Shown here in pieces: positions 10,876 to 22,194 of a stretch of 64,000 bases of DNA (the stretch's first letter is position 1; every line of letters starts with the position of its first letter). The notes below the pieces were generated by a model. The model saw only the letters and a program-made list of their open reading frames with translations, had not been told where the DNA came from and searched no databases. The position numbers were made by a program, and so were the translations under genes. This DNA is from a virus (lineage: Duplodnaviria; Caudoviricetes): positions 61,471 to 125,470 of IMG/VR virus record IMGVR_UViG_3300047561_001367, one strand, 5' to 3'.

Positions 10876-13800
10876 ATGAAAATTACACCTACAATTAATT
10901 TTAATAGCATACCAGAAAAAGAAGTTTTATCTCCAGAATTTTCTGTAGAATTTACGTCTGATAGTGATGGTAAAATTACATATGGTTCTTCAGATGAAAG
11001 CGTGGCCATTATTGACAGAAACGGAATTATTACTATTACAGGCGCGGGGCTCTGTTCGATTGTAATTTTACAATTAGAAACCGATACTTTTGAACCTATA
11101 GCGGTTTCTACATTTTTAACCGTAAAAAAATCAGATCAAGATATTATATTTGACCCTCCAGAAACTACAAAACAAATTTCAGATAAACCTTTTGAAATTG
11201 AAATATACTCAAATGTTGGATTACCAATAGTAGTAGAAAATACTAATGATTCTATTTTTAATCTACAATATATAGGAAATAATAAATATAAAATAACTTT
11301 AAATTCTGTTGGTTCTAGTACAATTATCGTCACTCAAATCGGAAATCAGTCTTTTAATAGTGTTGTTAAAAATTTAAGTATAGATGTTCTTGATACCTCT
11401 TCCTTTTTAGAAGTCACCGCTAATATTAATATTAATAATGATATTTTTAAACATGATGGGTTGGATGAAGTTAATATTATTACTTCTAATCGGGGTAGAT
11501 TTGTAGGAACAAATTCACTAATATTAACTTCGAGTGAAACAGAACGCGGAATAGTAAGAGATATTGGAATATTAAATCTTAATGCTAGTAATTTTATAAA
11601 TGAGATTAAGTCTTTTTCTTCTGAATTATTATGCTGTGATGTCTCTACCAATTCAAGTTCGAGTAGTTCGAGTAGTTCATCGAGTAGTGCATTTATTGAT
11701 GAAAATTTTACAGAAGGTGGTCTTCCTGGTGGAGAAATAAGTACAGAATGTTTTGGTTCTAATCACTTTAAAATCGATACATTGGCTAATTGGACAGATT
11801 TGCCTATTGATAATAGTAGTTCAAAATATGTATTATATTATTTTGCAAGAAAAGGTTCTAAATGGGTGGCGGTTTTATATAAATGTAAAGACGAATCTAT
11901 AGAAGATCCAAATTTAATAAATCCCCCTTTATATAATACAATAGGTAATTTTAATAATCCTATTTTTGAAGGAGGAAATTTAATATCAGATATTCAAGTT
12001 ATTGAAAGTAGTAATCAATGCACATGGCTAAATAAATATAAAGATAATATCACTGATAATAGTTTTATATATCCTAATGAACTACCAAAAAGAAAATATT
12101 ATAATAAAATTAATAAAACACCAATAGGTCCTAAATATACATGTGATGGAACAGCCGGTTCTACGCCAGTAAATATTAATGAAAAAATAACTATGGACTA
12201 TTTAGATGGAGATGTATCAATTAGCATTTGCACTGAAACTATTATTGATAAAAAAATCTTATCTTTTAAAATAGTCCAAAAAGGAGAGACATTTACACAT
12301 TTAGGGGGTATATATGGATTAGCTTTAAAAGCGGCTGCTAATAATAATGGTCAATATTTAGATGATACTGGGTATGGAGAAATGTGTAAAATTAATGTAG
12401 GTTGCAAGAATAGCATTAATAATTTATGTAACGCGGCTTTAAAACCAAATTTTAATCGTAATATTTTTGCGAATGCAGCAGACTTTTTATTAGAAAAAAC
12501 TGCAATTTCATTAAATGGTGATTTAGTACAACCTGGGGTTAATATCAATAATATTAATTATTGTGTTTGGCCAATTAATGAATTTCAAAATTTACCAGCA
12601 ACTCGACCATCTTTACTTACTAATAAATTATTATATGTATGGGATCCATTTGTTTTTAGACTTATATCTTCATTACCATTATCTTCAATATATCCAATAA
12701 GGGATGTACATAGAATTCGAGAAAGCTTAAAGCCGCCTAAAAAATATTCGCAGGAGGGTGTATTTGATGATGGTACACCATGGTACCAACTAAGTTTAGA
12801 ATATACAAATTGGTATAACGCAAACGCTTGTGATACGGAAAGAGACCCTACCTATACAAACGGACTATACGATAAACCAGCCCTATGTGGTGATTTTCAT
12901 CAATCCCCTCCAGGCATAAAAGACGCTTTAAAATGGAAACCACCGACAATAATGTCTATTAAAAATTTTGAAGTTATTGGTATTTTACAACAATATGCAG
13001 ACCATATCGATAGTACTAATGATGGTATCACATTATTTAATTTTAATGAAACGAGTATTCCAAGAGTTACTAGCGATACAGAGATGCTTAGCTCAGCTCT
13101 AGAACATTTTTTTATTATACCACCAAATACTGAGTTATATGCTAATGCAGTCTATCAAGCTTGCGAAGGTTGTTATCAACCTCCAAATTGTGAAATATCG
13201 ATTGGATTTAATAATATTTGTGATAATAACCAGGGTTGGTCAGCTCAATGTAATAATTTATTTTTATATCAAGTAGTCAATAATTTTAATACGTCTGCTT
13301 GTAAGGATATTGATGAATATAATTATGAAAATTATGCACCCCAAAATGATTACAATGGTTGCGATGATTATTCTATAACAGAAGAACTTTCATGTATACA
13401 ACAGGCGGGTCAAGAATTAATAGTTAATACAAATGTAAAAGCTCAAGATATTTTAGCGAATTATGGCTGGAACTGCATTATTTTAGATAATATGGGAATT
13501 GCTAATGGTCCTATGGGTCAACAGGTTCCATTTTTTGATAATAGACCATTATCATGGAGTTATTTTAATAATGGTGGTTATAAACCTGGTTATTCTTCTA
13601 GATGTAGCCATTATTTTAGTGAATTTGTTGGTGAAGAAACTGTAAATGGCATAACATATAGGTTAGGAAACACTTTTTTAGCAGCGTTAAATAATGATAC
13701 TCATCATTTAAAAGTTCGTGGGCATATGTTATCGGATACAGGACCTGGAGAAGCAACATTGAAATATGTTCAGACTAGTGAATCATGCGTTCTTACAGAG

Positions 13801-15012
13801 GGCTCTACTACAATTCAAGTTAATAATGCTTATAGTTTATCAGTAGGAACTACTTTACAAAATGGTTTTGCTCCTGGAACTACAATTAAAACAATTCTTA
13901 ATAGTAAGTCTATTGAAGCTACGTCCCCAGCATTATTTAGTGGATATATAACTCTTCAACTTACAAAAGTAGTGACCACACTGCCAGGAACTACATTAAA
14001 TCCTATTGCGTTTGGTTACTTTTTTAAATCTGCTGGATGTACAAAATTTGTATGTGATAGCTCAACTTGTCAAACTATATGTCCAGATATTGATAATATC
14101 AAACAAGTTTTTAGTGGTCCCGACTGTATATTTACTATAGATATGGATAATAATATACAGTATTATGGACCAACACAATTTGATCGTAATAATATACCAG
14201 CAAATTTAAATATTTCGCATATTAAAGACATGAGTATTTCACTTTTTGGGGTAACGGCTTTATTAAAAGATCCGGATACTAATATTACAACTGTAGTCGA
14301 ATGGGGTCGTGAAGGTCATACTTATTATTCTAATGAGTCTGGAGGGTATAACATGTATCCGATGGGTAATGAAGCTATCTATGGAACTAACCAATCTTTG
14401 ACTGGAATTCCGTATGCGGTTCAAGATAAAACTATTAAAAAGGTATTAACTCATCAATTTTTAAGTTTTGCTTTAGATACGAATGGATATCTTTATTCAT
14501 GGGGATTATATGACGGTATAATTTCTATAAATGTGCAGGACTGGAGTCAAAAATTTCCAGAAGGTGAGCCAACGCAGCCAGAACGTATGCAAGATATAAA
14601 TGGTCTTAAACAAGTTCCTATACAAATTCAAAATAGAATTTTAGATTTTGGTTTAATGACTGAGTATGGAGCAGCTATTACAAATGATGGTAAAATCGTA
14701 TTATGGAAAAATGGTGTGGTAGCCTCACAACCATCCTTACCAGAAGGGTTCGATAATGTGACGTATAGTTGGCAAGATCCACATCCCCCGTATGCTATTC
14801 CAGAAAATGAAAACTATGGTTTTATAAAAATTGTTTGTGGTGATTTTCATTTTCTAGCATTAAGAGACGATGGAACTACATATGTAGGCGGAATATTTGT
14901 TCCATATAGGTTACGCGGATTACCTGTAGAGGCTTTTAGATCTTTTTCAAGAAGTCCAAAGAAAGCATATTATTGCCCAAATAATACAACTCTTACCGCA
15001 GGTTTTTATTAA
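10876..15012 (+). CDS. Tail fibre/adhesin-like protein: Ig-like repeats, poly-Ser, VWD-like domain, C-terminal RCC1-like repeats
   Basis: YGSSDESVAII..G.I Ig motif; IVCGDFHFLALRDDG and FALDTNGYLYSWG RCC1-like motifs. Confidence 0.7.
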   Translation: MKITPTINFNSIPEKEVLSPEFSVEFTSDSDGKITYGSSDESVAIIDRNGIITITGAGLCSIVILQLETDTFEPIAVSTFLTVKKSDQDIIFDPPETTKQISDKPFEIEIYSNVGLPIVVENTNDSIFNLQYIGNNKYKITLNSVGSSTIIVTQIGNQSFNSVVKNLSIDVLDTSSFLEVTANININNDIFKHDGLDEVNIITSNRGRFVGTNSLILTSSETERGIVRDIGILNLNASNFINEIKSFSSELLCCDVSTNSSSSSSSSSSSSAFIDENFTEGGLPGGEISTECFGSNHFKIDTLANWTDLPIDNSSSKYVLYYFARKGSKWVAVLYKCKDESIEDPNLINPPLYNTIGNFNNPIFEGGNLISDIQVIESSNQCTWLNKYKDNITDNSFIYPNELPKRKYYNKINKTPIGPKYTCDGTAGSTPVNINEKITMDYLDGDVSISICTETIIDKKILSFKIVQKGETFTHLGGIYGLALKAAANNNGQYLDDTGYGEMCKINVGCKNSINNLCNAALKPNFNRNIFANAADFLLEKTAISLNGDLVQPGVNINNINYCVWPINEFQNLPATRPSLLTNKLLYVWDPFVFRLISSLPLSSIYPIRDVHRIRESLKPPKKYSQEGVFDDGTPWYQLSLEYTNWYNANACDTERDPTYTNGLYDKPALCGDFHQSPPGIKDALKWKPPTIMSIKNFEVIGILQQYADHIDSTNDGITLFNFNETSIPRVTSDTEMLSSALEHFFIIPPNTELYANAVYQACEGCYQPPNCEISIGFNNICDNNQGWSAQCNNLFLYQVVNNFNTSACKDIDEYNYENYAPQNDYNGCDDYSITEELSCIQQAGQELIVNTNVKAQDILANYGWNCIILDNMGIANGPMGQQVPFFDNRPLSWSYFNNGGYKPGYSSRCSHYFSEFVGEETVNGITYRLGNTFLAALNNDTHHLKVRGHMLSDTGPGEATLKYVQTSESCVLTEGSTTIQVNNAYSLSVGTTLQNGFAPGTTIKTILNSKSIEATSPALFSGYITLQLTKVVTTLPGTTLNPIAFGYFFKSAGCTKFVCDSSTCQTICPDIDNIKQVFSGPDCIFTIDMDNNIQYYGPTQFDRNNIPANLNISHIKDMSISLFGVTALLKDPDTNITTVVEWGREGHTYYSNESGGYNMYPMGNEAIYGTNQSLTGIPYAVQDKTIKKVLTHQFLSFALDTNGYLYSWGLYDGIISINVQDWSQKFPEGEPTQPERMQDINGLKQVPIQIQNRILDFGLMTEYGAAITNDGKIVLWKNGVVASQPSLPEGFDNVTYSWQDPHPPYAIPENENYGFIKIVCGDFHFLALRDDGTTYVGGIFVPYRLRGLPVEAFRSFSRSPKKAYYCPNNTTLTAGFY

Positions 15013-15072
15013 TAATTCAATAAAATAATAATAAATAAGTGTAAAATAAAGGGGATAAAGGTTATTACTAGT

Positions 15073-17127
15073 ATGGACGAAAATTTATCAGAAATATTTG
15101 AAGGTATTACTCAATTAAATAGTGATTTACCGTTAGATCTTCAGGGCTTTGATCCGACGACTATTAATGATTATACTACCGATGGAGATTTCGAACTTTT
15201 AGGGCTTGGGTCTGAAATTTTAAAAATAATTGAGAATAATATTATTAATTGGACTCCTACCGAATTAGACGCAGTTATTAATGAATTGAATTCTACTTCA
15301 AATTTATTATTAAGAACTTTAGATATTGTTAGTGATAATATGTTTAGTGACCTCGAAATAGAGGAAACTTATCCTATTAGATTAGATTTTGAAACACGTA
15401 AAACTGGCGTAATGCTTGTGGTTGATATTTTTGAAAGTGGATTTAATAATATGCCCATTTTTATAGATTCTTATTCTGGTAGTTTATCCTCAGATGGTAG
15501 TATAATAAACAAAGAAATAGCTTTATCAACTGGAAACTATTTTAGCAAACTTTATTATAAAGAATTAAATTTAAATGATCCATCAATTAATTCATTAAGA
15601 TCGTATATAGGGTTTACAAATGAAACTTTTATTGGCTGTGAAAATCAAAATTTTTTAACATCAAAAATTTATAGAACTGGTTTTAAAGATTATTCCGTTG
15701 GTGTAAAAGTAATAGGGTATTTTCCAGAAAATAATTACGGATATAAATATTTATCCGAAGATGCTAAAAGTGGGATTATATGGTCAGGACAGTTTGAGGG
15801 TGACTCTTATGAATTATCATTACCAATTTATAATAATAATAAATTTGAAAGAAATGTATCTGGAAAATTTTGGCTCACCCTTCATGATCCAGTTCTACCC
15901 AAAGAATTGATTTGTGTCGAAAGGCAGGAAGCAAATTTTGTTATTGTTGATGATGAAACTCATACAACATGTTCTTCGACATTGGCACCATCTGAAACTA
16001 ATCCTCCAATATTTCCCAAATTTGCCGGTCTTGATTTTAGCCTAACACCTCAATCTATAGACTTAGGAGAGGCTTGGCCAATATGTGCTTCGAGTTCTTC
16101 GAGTTCTTCGAGTTCTTCGAGTTCTTCGAGTTCTAGTGATGGATGTAATTGCGATGGACCTATTTACGATACTTTAGATGGATTTTTAATAGAAGCTATT
16201 TATGTCGATAACCCAACTTTAGGAAATGATTTTTGTGATGTCCCCTCATCATCCTCATCATCCTCGTCATCTTCGTCTTCATCTAAGAAAATTATATCAA
16301 TTACTTCAAATCAATATCCATATAAAATTTTACCATTAGGAGTCGATGATTTTATAGCTACAGCGTCTATTACAGAAGCTCTTGCACAATCTATTATGTT
16401 TAAAGTGACTGCTACTTCTACGCCAGCATTACTATTATTAAGTGCTGAATGCAATAGTAGTTCGTCTAGTAGTTCGTCTAGTAGTTCGTATAATTTTACG
16501 AATGAAATAACATTAACTATTCCAGCTGGAGAAACCTCCGCAGATTTTTGCGTAAGAACTGTGCCGCCAGAGAGTGTTAATATAACTGATAGTGTAACAG
16601 TTACTTTAACAACATCCTTAGAGCCCCCTAATAATGATTTTGAATCGCACGGTACTGAATTTTTTGTTTATAAGGTAGATGGGGCTCTTGGTGCAACAGC
16701 GCCTTGTGGCGGTGGACACGGTTGTAATCGAGCTACATTTGACATAATAATTGGTAGTGATACTGGGCAAAATACCGTGGTATTAAATGCTAATTTAAAT
16801 AATGCGGGTGTAGGAACTCCAGGCCCAGCTCCTTTTGATGGGCCGAATGATAGATATAGTTCTGCTATAATAACTCAAAGCTCACAAATTTTTGGCGCAA
16901 CAGATAAAAATGGAGAGTTAAAAAACTTTACGGTAACAATTCAGCCATCAGCTGGTAATGATAATCCACATACTGGAATTTGCTGGGTAAGAATTAAAAA
17001 TAATTGTTGCCAAGTTATTTATAGTTGTTGTTTATCAGTCGGTGGTGGAAATACAACACCAAAAGTCCCATATACCAATGCTGGTTTATCAGATATTATG
17101 GATATAGTAGAGGAGTTAACTAAATAA
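15073..17127 (+). CDS. Putative virion protein with three poly-Ser tracts and Cys-rich C-terminus (684 aa)
   Basis: ORF track; GTGTAA at 15039-15044. Confidence 0.55.
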   Translation: MDENLSEIFEGITQLNSDLPLDLQGFDPTTINDYTTDGDFELLGLGSEILKIIENNIINWTPTELDAVINELNSTSNLLLRTLDIVSDNMFSDLEIEETYPIRLDFETRKTGVMLVVDIFESGFNNMPIFIDSYSGSLSSDGSIINKEIALSTGNYFSKLYYKELNLNDPSINSLRSYIGFTNETFIGCENQNFLTSKIYRTGFKDYSVGVKVIGYFPENNYGYKYLSEDAKSGIIWSGQFEGDSYELSLPIYNNNKFERNVSGKFWLTLHDPVLPKELICVERQEANFVIVDDETHTTCSSTLAPSETNPPIFPKFAGLDFSLTPQSIDLGEAWPICASSSSSSSSSSSSSSSSDGCNCDGPIYDTLDGFLIEAIYVDNPTLGNDFCDVPSSSSSSSSSSSSSKKIISITSNQYPYKILPLGVDDFIATASITEALAQSIMFKVTATSTPALLLLSAECNSSSSSSSSSSSYNFTNEITLTIPAGETSADFCVRTVPPESVNITDSVTVTLTTSLEPPNNDFESHGTEFFVYKVDGALGATAPCGGGHGCNRATFDIIIGSDTGQNTVVLNANLNNAGVGTPGPAPFDGPNDRYSSAIITQSSQIFGATDKNGELKNFTVTIQPSAGNDNPHTGICWVRIKNNCCQVIYSCCLSVGGGNTTPKVPYTNAGLSDIMDIVEELTK
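16090..16134 (+). repeat. Perfect (TCGAGTTCT)x5 encoding poly-Ser
   Basis: Direct reading. Confidence 0.9.
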
Positions 17128-17134
17128 ATATATT

Positions 17135-20100
17135 ATGGAAAAATGTATAAATAATTATTTTACTTCTTCAGATACTTATATAAATATAACTGGATCTGGA
17201 TCGGCTTCATTTATAGAAAAAAGTAACTCTTGGAAAGAATATTATAACTTATATTCTGGATATAATTTAACTGGATTTAAAGATGAAGAAGCTGGGGTTA
17301 TTTTAAAATTTAATGAAGTATCTGGTAAAGATTATTTTGTAGACTATAGAGTAAATACACAAATTTCAAATTCTAAAAATAAAATTAAACAACACATTAA
17401 AATAAAACAGTTTCCACCTACTAATCCTGGTTTTCCCATTGAATTTTCTTATGACGAAGCTTGGGCATCATATGATGTTAAAAATGGCACTAATTCTAAA
17501 AGAGTTTTTTCATATGCAGTAAATATTCAGGATAATATGTTGTTTCATGGATATATTATTACTGGAACTGGGGGGGAGTTTACAAGTAAATCTGGACTTT
17601 TAAATAAATATAAAAGGGGAATTTCTCCCCAATTATTTACGGGTCTAACTGGATATTTAAATCAATATCAAGTTATTTGTACACTAGGTACGGAATGTAG
17701 TAAAGAGCCTGATGAACCACCACCTATAGTTAAATGCTGGACTGGCAAATATACTACTGGTGTAGATTTTGATAATTGGATAGATAAAGAATTAAGTGGA
17801 TTAGCAAATCAAAAATATTTACCACCAGATGCCCCGATTTCTTTAAATTATTTAACAGGATCAAGCGTTAAACAGTATTTTTCTGTATATACTGGTCATT
17901 TATTATATAACTCATGGATGACAGGCGATAGTATTTCTTGGAGTTTATATAATTTTGATTATACTGGCATTTATAAACAGTATCATTTAAATAGTTTACC
18001 ACTTTATCCAACAACAGGCTTTACATTGGTATATCCACAAGATTGGAATTCAATTGATACGTTAGTAGATAAATTAAATGAAAAATTAAATGAGCCAATG
18101 AGCTATCCCGTATGGTATCCATATAGTTGTTTATCAGGAACTTTATCTGGAGTTTATATTACAGGCGGATTAATGAAATTCTGGAAAAATACTGGAATTA
18201 CTGGCATAGGCGAACAGAATAATCAAATTGATTTTGTATCGTTAAGGACTCTACCACAAGTTACAGTATCGTCTACAGTTAAAGATGCGGCTGGTAATAT
18301 AAAGAAATCTAGTGAATCTATTCAAGGTGGATATAGTTTAAGTCTATCCTTAAGGTCTGATAGAGATTTTCCCTGGTTTAGTGGTTATTCATATTTACTT
18401 CCTGATACTGTGCAATTAGAGGGATGGGATGCACGAACCTTAGAGTGGAAAATTTTAGATAAAAGATCTAATTTATTTTCACGATTTAATATAAAAGAAG
18501 GTAAAGACGGATATATACCAAGATTTACAAGATCCATTGTACCAGATTTAGAAGATCCAGCTATTACAGAAGCTGATATAAAACCAGCTGAAGAAATAGA
18601 CTGGGAGAGTTTTGCTAAAATTAGCAATACTAGTGGCAGTTGTACAATGAGTACTTTATTAGAGTTTAATAGAACATTAGTTAAATTAAACGGTAACCCA
18701 TTATGCCCACCAGCGATACAAAATCAAGAAGTTAAATTTATATATCCAAATAATTGCCCACCATATATTATATCTGGTGGTAAAAAAGTTTTAACAAATA
18801 GTATTTATTGGTGCAGTAATAACTCCGAGGACAAAATGCCAGAACCAGAGAAGTCTGACGAGGGTTCTGGCGGTGATGATAAACAAAAAGATGATAAAAA
18901 TCTTTTTAGTGGAGTTCTTAGTATTATACGAACTGGTTGGAATTTAACCGGTAAAAATGGAGCTAACGCTTTATATGACGAGTATGATAAATATAGAGTT
19001 AAGTTAATTCATTTTAAAAACGAACCTCCTATTGGATATATTCCTAAAAATTACTTTACAGTCGAAAATGTAAATCTATATAGTTTAACAGGGAGTAGTT
19101 TAAGTGAACATTCTGGCCCACCCCAATGTATTATAAATACTGATTATACTGTAGATATACAATCTGTAGTTCCTGTAAGACTAACTGGAACTTATTATTA
19201 TACAATAACTCCTGAGAAAAGTGGTATATTTGAATTTAGTCAAACCCCATTTGTTAGAAGTATTGAGGATTCCGAAAGACCTATAAAGTTTAATAGACAA
19301 TCTGGATTTATTATTTCAGATAGTGGTACTGGATTTTTATCTATAAAGCTTACGGGTTCTGGGCTAATGTCTTATATTAACTCTGATTATTATTTTTATG
19401 ATCCTATTTCAAGGGAAATGACTTTCGAAAAGAAACTAGAAAACACTTTAGTTGGAAGTGGATATATATCTGGAAAAGCTACGGTTATTAAACAGTCGGT
19501 AATAAACAGAGAACTCATGGGTGGAGGCAGACTATCACAGACAATAGGATATTTTGAAACTACTCAGGATGGATATTTTACTGGACAATTAAATGATATT
19601 AAATACAAAGCGTATGATTTAACTGGATATTATAAAATAACAGGTACAATTACTGGGTTTTCTCAATCTGGATTCTTAAGAGTCAATAAATTAATAAGTG
19701 GAGCGCCTTCTTATAGTTTAATTCCTGGAGAAAATGGATCTTATATATCTGATAGTCCTTATTATCCAATACCAACTGGTTATAAAAATGCAACCGGATT
19801 TATAAATATAAATTATAACAATATACAAAATTTTGATATTTTATCTATTAATAATAGTGATATAATTTACAACGCCGATGGTTCTAATTATTTACCACCG
19901 ATTTTCTTTGATGACACTGAAACACTTTTATATATTATTAATAATAATTCTGGATCGTTTTTAGTTAATGCTAAAACAGGTCTAAACCCTAATATTATTT
20001 ATTTAAATAGTTTAGTTTCTGGTGAAGCTGGTAATAGCATTAAATTATCTACAACTAATAATCAGTTAGCATTCTTTAATGGTACATCTTTGAGCGGTGG

Positions 20101-20539
20101 TAAAAATTATTATTCATTCCTTGATATGCCAACAAATATAAATTATTATTCTCCAAATTATTTTAAAGCCCAGTTTATAAAATCAATACCCGCGACTGGA
20201 TTTTATAGCGACCTGTCCACTGGATATTTAACTGGACTAATTAAAACATATTTAGGTGAAAGGGACTTTAATGGAATTTGGAATTTAAAAACTGGTTTAG
20301 CAGACAATAAACTAGTTGATTTTAATTTAAATAATTTTATAGAAAGCGGGATTTATAAACATGAACAAATTTATAAAGACGAAAGACTTAATAATTTAAT
20401 ATTTTACATTATATATAAAAATAATAAAAATTATGCGTCATTAGATAATCCAGATGTCGGACAACTAACTATCAAAGATTTATATAATACGGGAGTATCT
20501 GGGTTGAATATTATATTTAGAATAACTGGGATTATTTAA
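17135..20539 (+). CDS. Putative virion structural protein (1134 aa, TG/SG-rich)
   Basis: Long ORF in the structural operon; C-terminal segment resembles sheath/baseplate-type repeats (GEAGNSIKL...LSGG). Confidence 0.55.
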   Translation: MEKCINNYFTSSDTYINITGSGSASFIEKSNSWKEYYNLYSGYNLTGFKDEEAGVILKFNEVSGKDYFVDYRVNTQISNSKNKIKQHIKIKQFPPTNPGFPIEFSYDEAWASYDVKNGTNSKRVFSYAVNIQDNMLFHGYIITGTGGEFTSKSGLLNKYKRGISPQLFTGLTGYLNQYQVICTLGTECSKEPDEPPPIVKCWTGKYTTGVDFDNWIDKELSGLANQKYLPPDAPISLNYLTGSSVKQYFSVYTGHLLYNSWMTGDSISWSLYNFDYTGIYKQYHLNSLPLYPTTGFTLVYPQDWNSIDTLVDKLNEKLNEPMSYPVWYPYSCLSGTLSGVYITGGLMKFWKNTGITGIGEQNNQIDFVSLRTLPQVTVSSTVKDAAGNIKKSSESIQGGYSLSLSLRSDRDFPWFSGYSYLLPDTVQLEGWDARTLEWKILDKRSNLFSRFNIKEGKDGYIPRFTRSIVPDLEDPAITEADIKPAEEIDWESFAKISNTSGSCTMSTLLEFNRTLVKLNGNPLCPPAIQNQEVKFIYPNNCPPYIISGGKKVLTNSIYWCSNNSEDKMPEPEKSDEGSGGDDKQKDDKNLFSGVLSIIRTGWNLTGKNGANALYDEYDKYRVKLIHFKNEPPIGYIPKNYFTVENVNLYSLTGSSLSEHSGPPQCIINTDYTVDIQSVVPVRLTGTYYYTITPEKSGIFEFSQTPFVRSIEDSERPIKFNRQSGFIISDSGTGFLSIKLTGSGLMSYINSDYYFYDPISREMTFEKKLENTLVGSGYISGKATVIKQSVINRELMGGGRLSQTIGYFETTQDGYFTGQLNDIKYKAYDLTGYYKITGTITGFSQSGFLRVNKLISGAPSYSLIPGENGSYISDSPYYPIPTGYKNATGFININYNNIQNFDILSINNSDIIYNADGSNYLPPIFFDDTETLLYIINNNSGSFLVNAKTGLNPNIIYLNSLVSGEAGNSIKLSTTNNQLAFFNGTSLSGGKNYYSFLDMPTNINYYSPNYFKAQFIKSIPATGFYSDLSTGYLTGLIKTYLGERDFNGIWNLKTGLADNKLVDFNLNNFIESGIYKHEQIYKDERLNNLIFYIIYKNNKNYASLDNPDVGQLTIKDLYNTGVSGLNIIFRITGII

Positions 20540-20551
20540 TTATAATTATAT

Positions 20552-21235
20552 ATGGCAAGAGGAGGATATAATTATTTTCTATGTGGAGACGCTACTTTTA
20601 CACCTTGGACTATAAGCCCTGGAAAAAAAGATAATGCTACTGATAAAGATTTTTTAGTTGAGCCAGGGGTTTGTTTTTCCAGATATTCTTTAGATACCGG
20701 ATCTTTTGTGCCAATAAAAGGACTAAATAAAGATTTTACCGTCACAAGTTCTGAAGATAAATTTTTTATTCAATTTGATTTGCTTAGTAATCTGCAAGTT
20801 TCTGGAGCGCAAATTAAATGTGAACATGTCGGTAAAGATGCTCCAGATGATGGTTGGAAAACTTATCCAGAATTTTATGAAATAACTCCTCAAGATGAAT
20901 TTTCAACCGATGGTCGTGTTACAAAAATTCGTGATGGTAAACGTCAAACCAAATGTTTTGCATTAATCGGTTACCAAACAGAGGATCCTTATAAAAATAG
21001 CACTGGAGGAACATCTAGCTCTAGCTCTAGCTCAAGTAGTGCTGCCTCAAGTTCTAGTTCTGCAGCGGGTGGACAAAAGTTAGATGCCATTGATTGGATT
21101 CAAATTTTAGATCAAACTTTAATTTTAGCAGCAACTATTGTTAGCGGTGTTCCATGCGTAATACCATTTCCATATTTAAATGCTGGATATAACCATTTAG
21201 CATCATTAGTAGATATTGATGAATTTAAATCGTAA
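20552..21235 (+). CDS. Hypothetical virion-associated protein with poly-Ser
   Basis: ORF track, operon context. Confidence 0.55.
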   Translation: MARGGYNYFLCGDATFTPWTISPGKKDNATDKDFLVEPGVCFSRYSLDTGSFVPIKGLNKDFTVTSSEDKFFIQFDLLSNLQVSGAQIKCEHVGKDAPDDGWKTYPEFYEITPQDEFSTDGRVTKIRDGKRQTKCFALIGYQTEDPYKNSTGGTSSSSSSSSSAASSSSSAAGGQKLDAIDWIQILDQTLILAATIVSGVPCVIPFPYLNAGYNHLASLVDIDEFKS

Positions 21236-21249
21236 TAAAAATATATATT

Positions 21250-22194
21250 ATGTTAAATATTAATGTCTTAGGTTCTCATTGGCCCATCGATACGGAAGTT
21301 TTACCGGAAAGGCCTAATGTTGTAGGTCCTGGTACTGAATATCCAGTAGGTTTCACGCTATCACAAATAGCAAAATTATATTGGACAGTACGTAGTTTTA
21401 ATATTAATATTGCCGCCCCTGGAGTTGGAGACGCCTTTACTACATTTTTATTTGGTGGGGGTTCAACTGGAACAATAGTTGGATCTTTAACTGGTTTAGC
21501 ATTAGCAAGTATGTTAACTGCTGGGGCTTATTTGAGTGGACGAACTAAATCAGGAGCGGTATCCCACGCCAAGATAAGAAGAACTATAAGTCGAATAGAT
21601 AATGGTATAACCCAAGCAAATGCTAAACTTTTAGGTAGTGCAGATAAATCTGAAAAAAATCAAAACAATCCATTATCTCTTGATGCAGATATTAAACAAA
21701 ATATTCTTGGATCTTTAAATACAGACGTAAATGAAGGTACTATGGCAATAGGTGGATATCATAAATTAACTAATTCTGGAGGTTCAGTTTTTATTGATTT
21801 TCATGATATTATTTATGCAAGAAGACAGTATTGGCCTAAAATAATTATTTTGGTAGGCCCATTAACTGGAATTGGCCCTCTTTTTTCCTCTGCTATAGTT
21901 TTTAAAGATCCAAGACTTAAAGGATTAAATGTCTTAGGCGCTGGAGTTTGGAATGTAGTAACAATTGGTGGGATAATTTTTGAAGGTGCTGTAATTCAAT
22001 TATTTGGTGCTGCACCCTATTTTCCAGGATTGGGAATTATTCCTACCCCAGTATTTGGATCAATAACTACAGGAACTAAAGTTTGTGATCGGTTATATTG
22101 GGATGGTAAACCAGATAGTGAAAGAGAAGGTTATAAAGAAGATGAGTGTAAAGCTGTTGTTCAAGATCAAAAACCTAACCAATTCGGACTTTAA
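21250..22194 (+). CDS. Hypothetical Gly-rich protein with hydrophobic segments
   Basis: ORF track; last gene of the + strand operon. Confidence 0.55.
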   Translation: MLNINVLGSHWPIDTEVLPERPNVVGPGTEYPVGFTLSQIAKLYWTVRSFNINIAAPGVGDAFTTFLFGGGSTGTIVGSLTGLALASMLTAGAYLSGRTKSGAVSHAKIRRTISRIDNGITQANAKLLGSADKSEKNQNNPLSLDADIKQNILGSLNTDVNEGTMAIGGYHKLTNSGGSVFIDFHDIIYARRQYWPKIIILVGPLTGIGPLFSSAIVFKDPRLKGLNVLGAGVWNVVTIGGIIFEGAVIQLFGAAPYFPGLGIIPTPVFGSITTGTKVCDRLYWDGKPDSEREGYKEDECKAVVQDQKPNQFGL

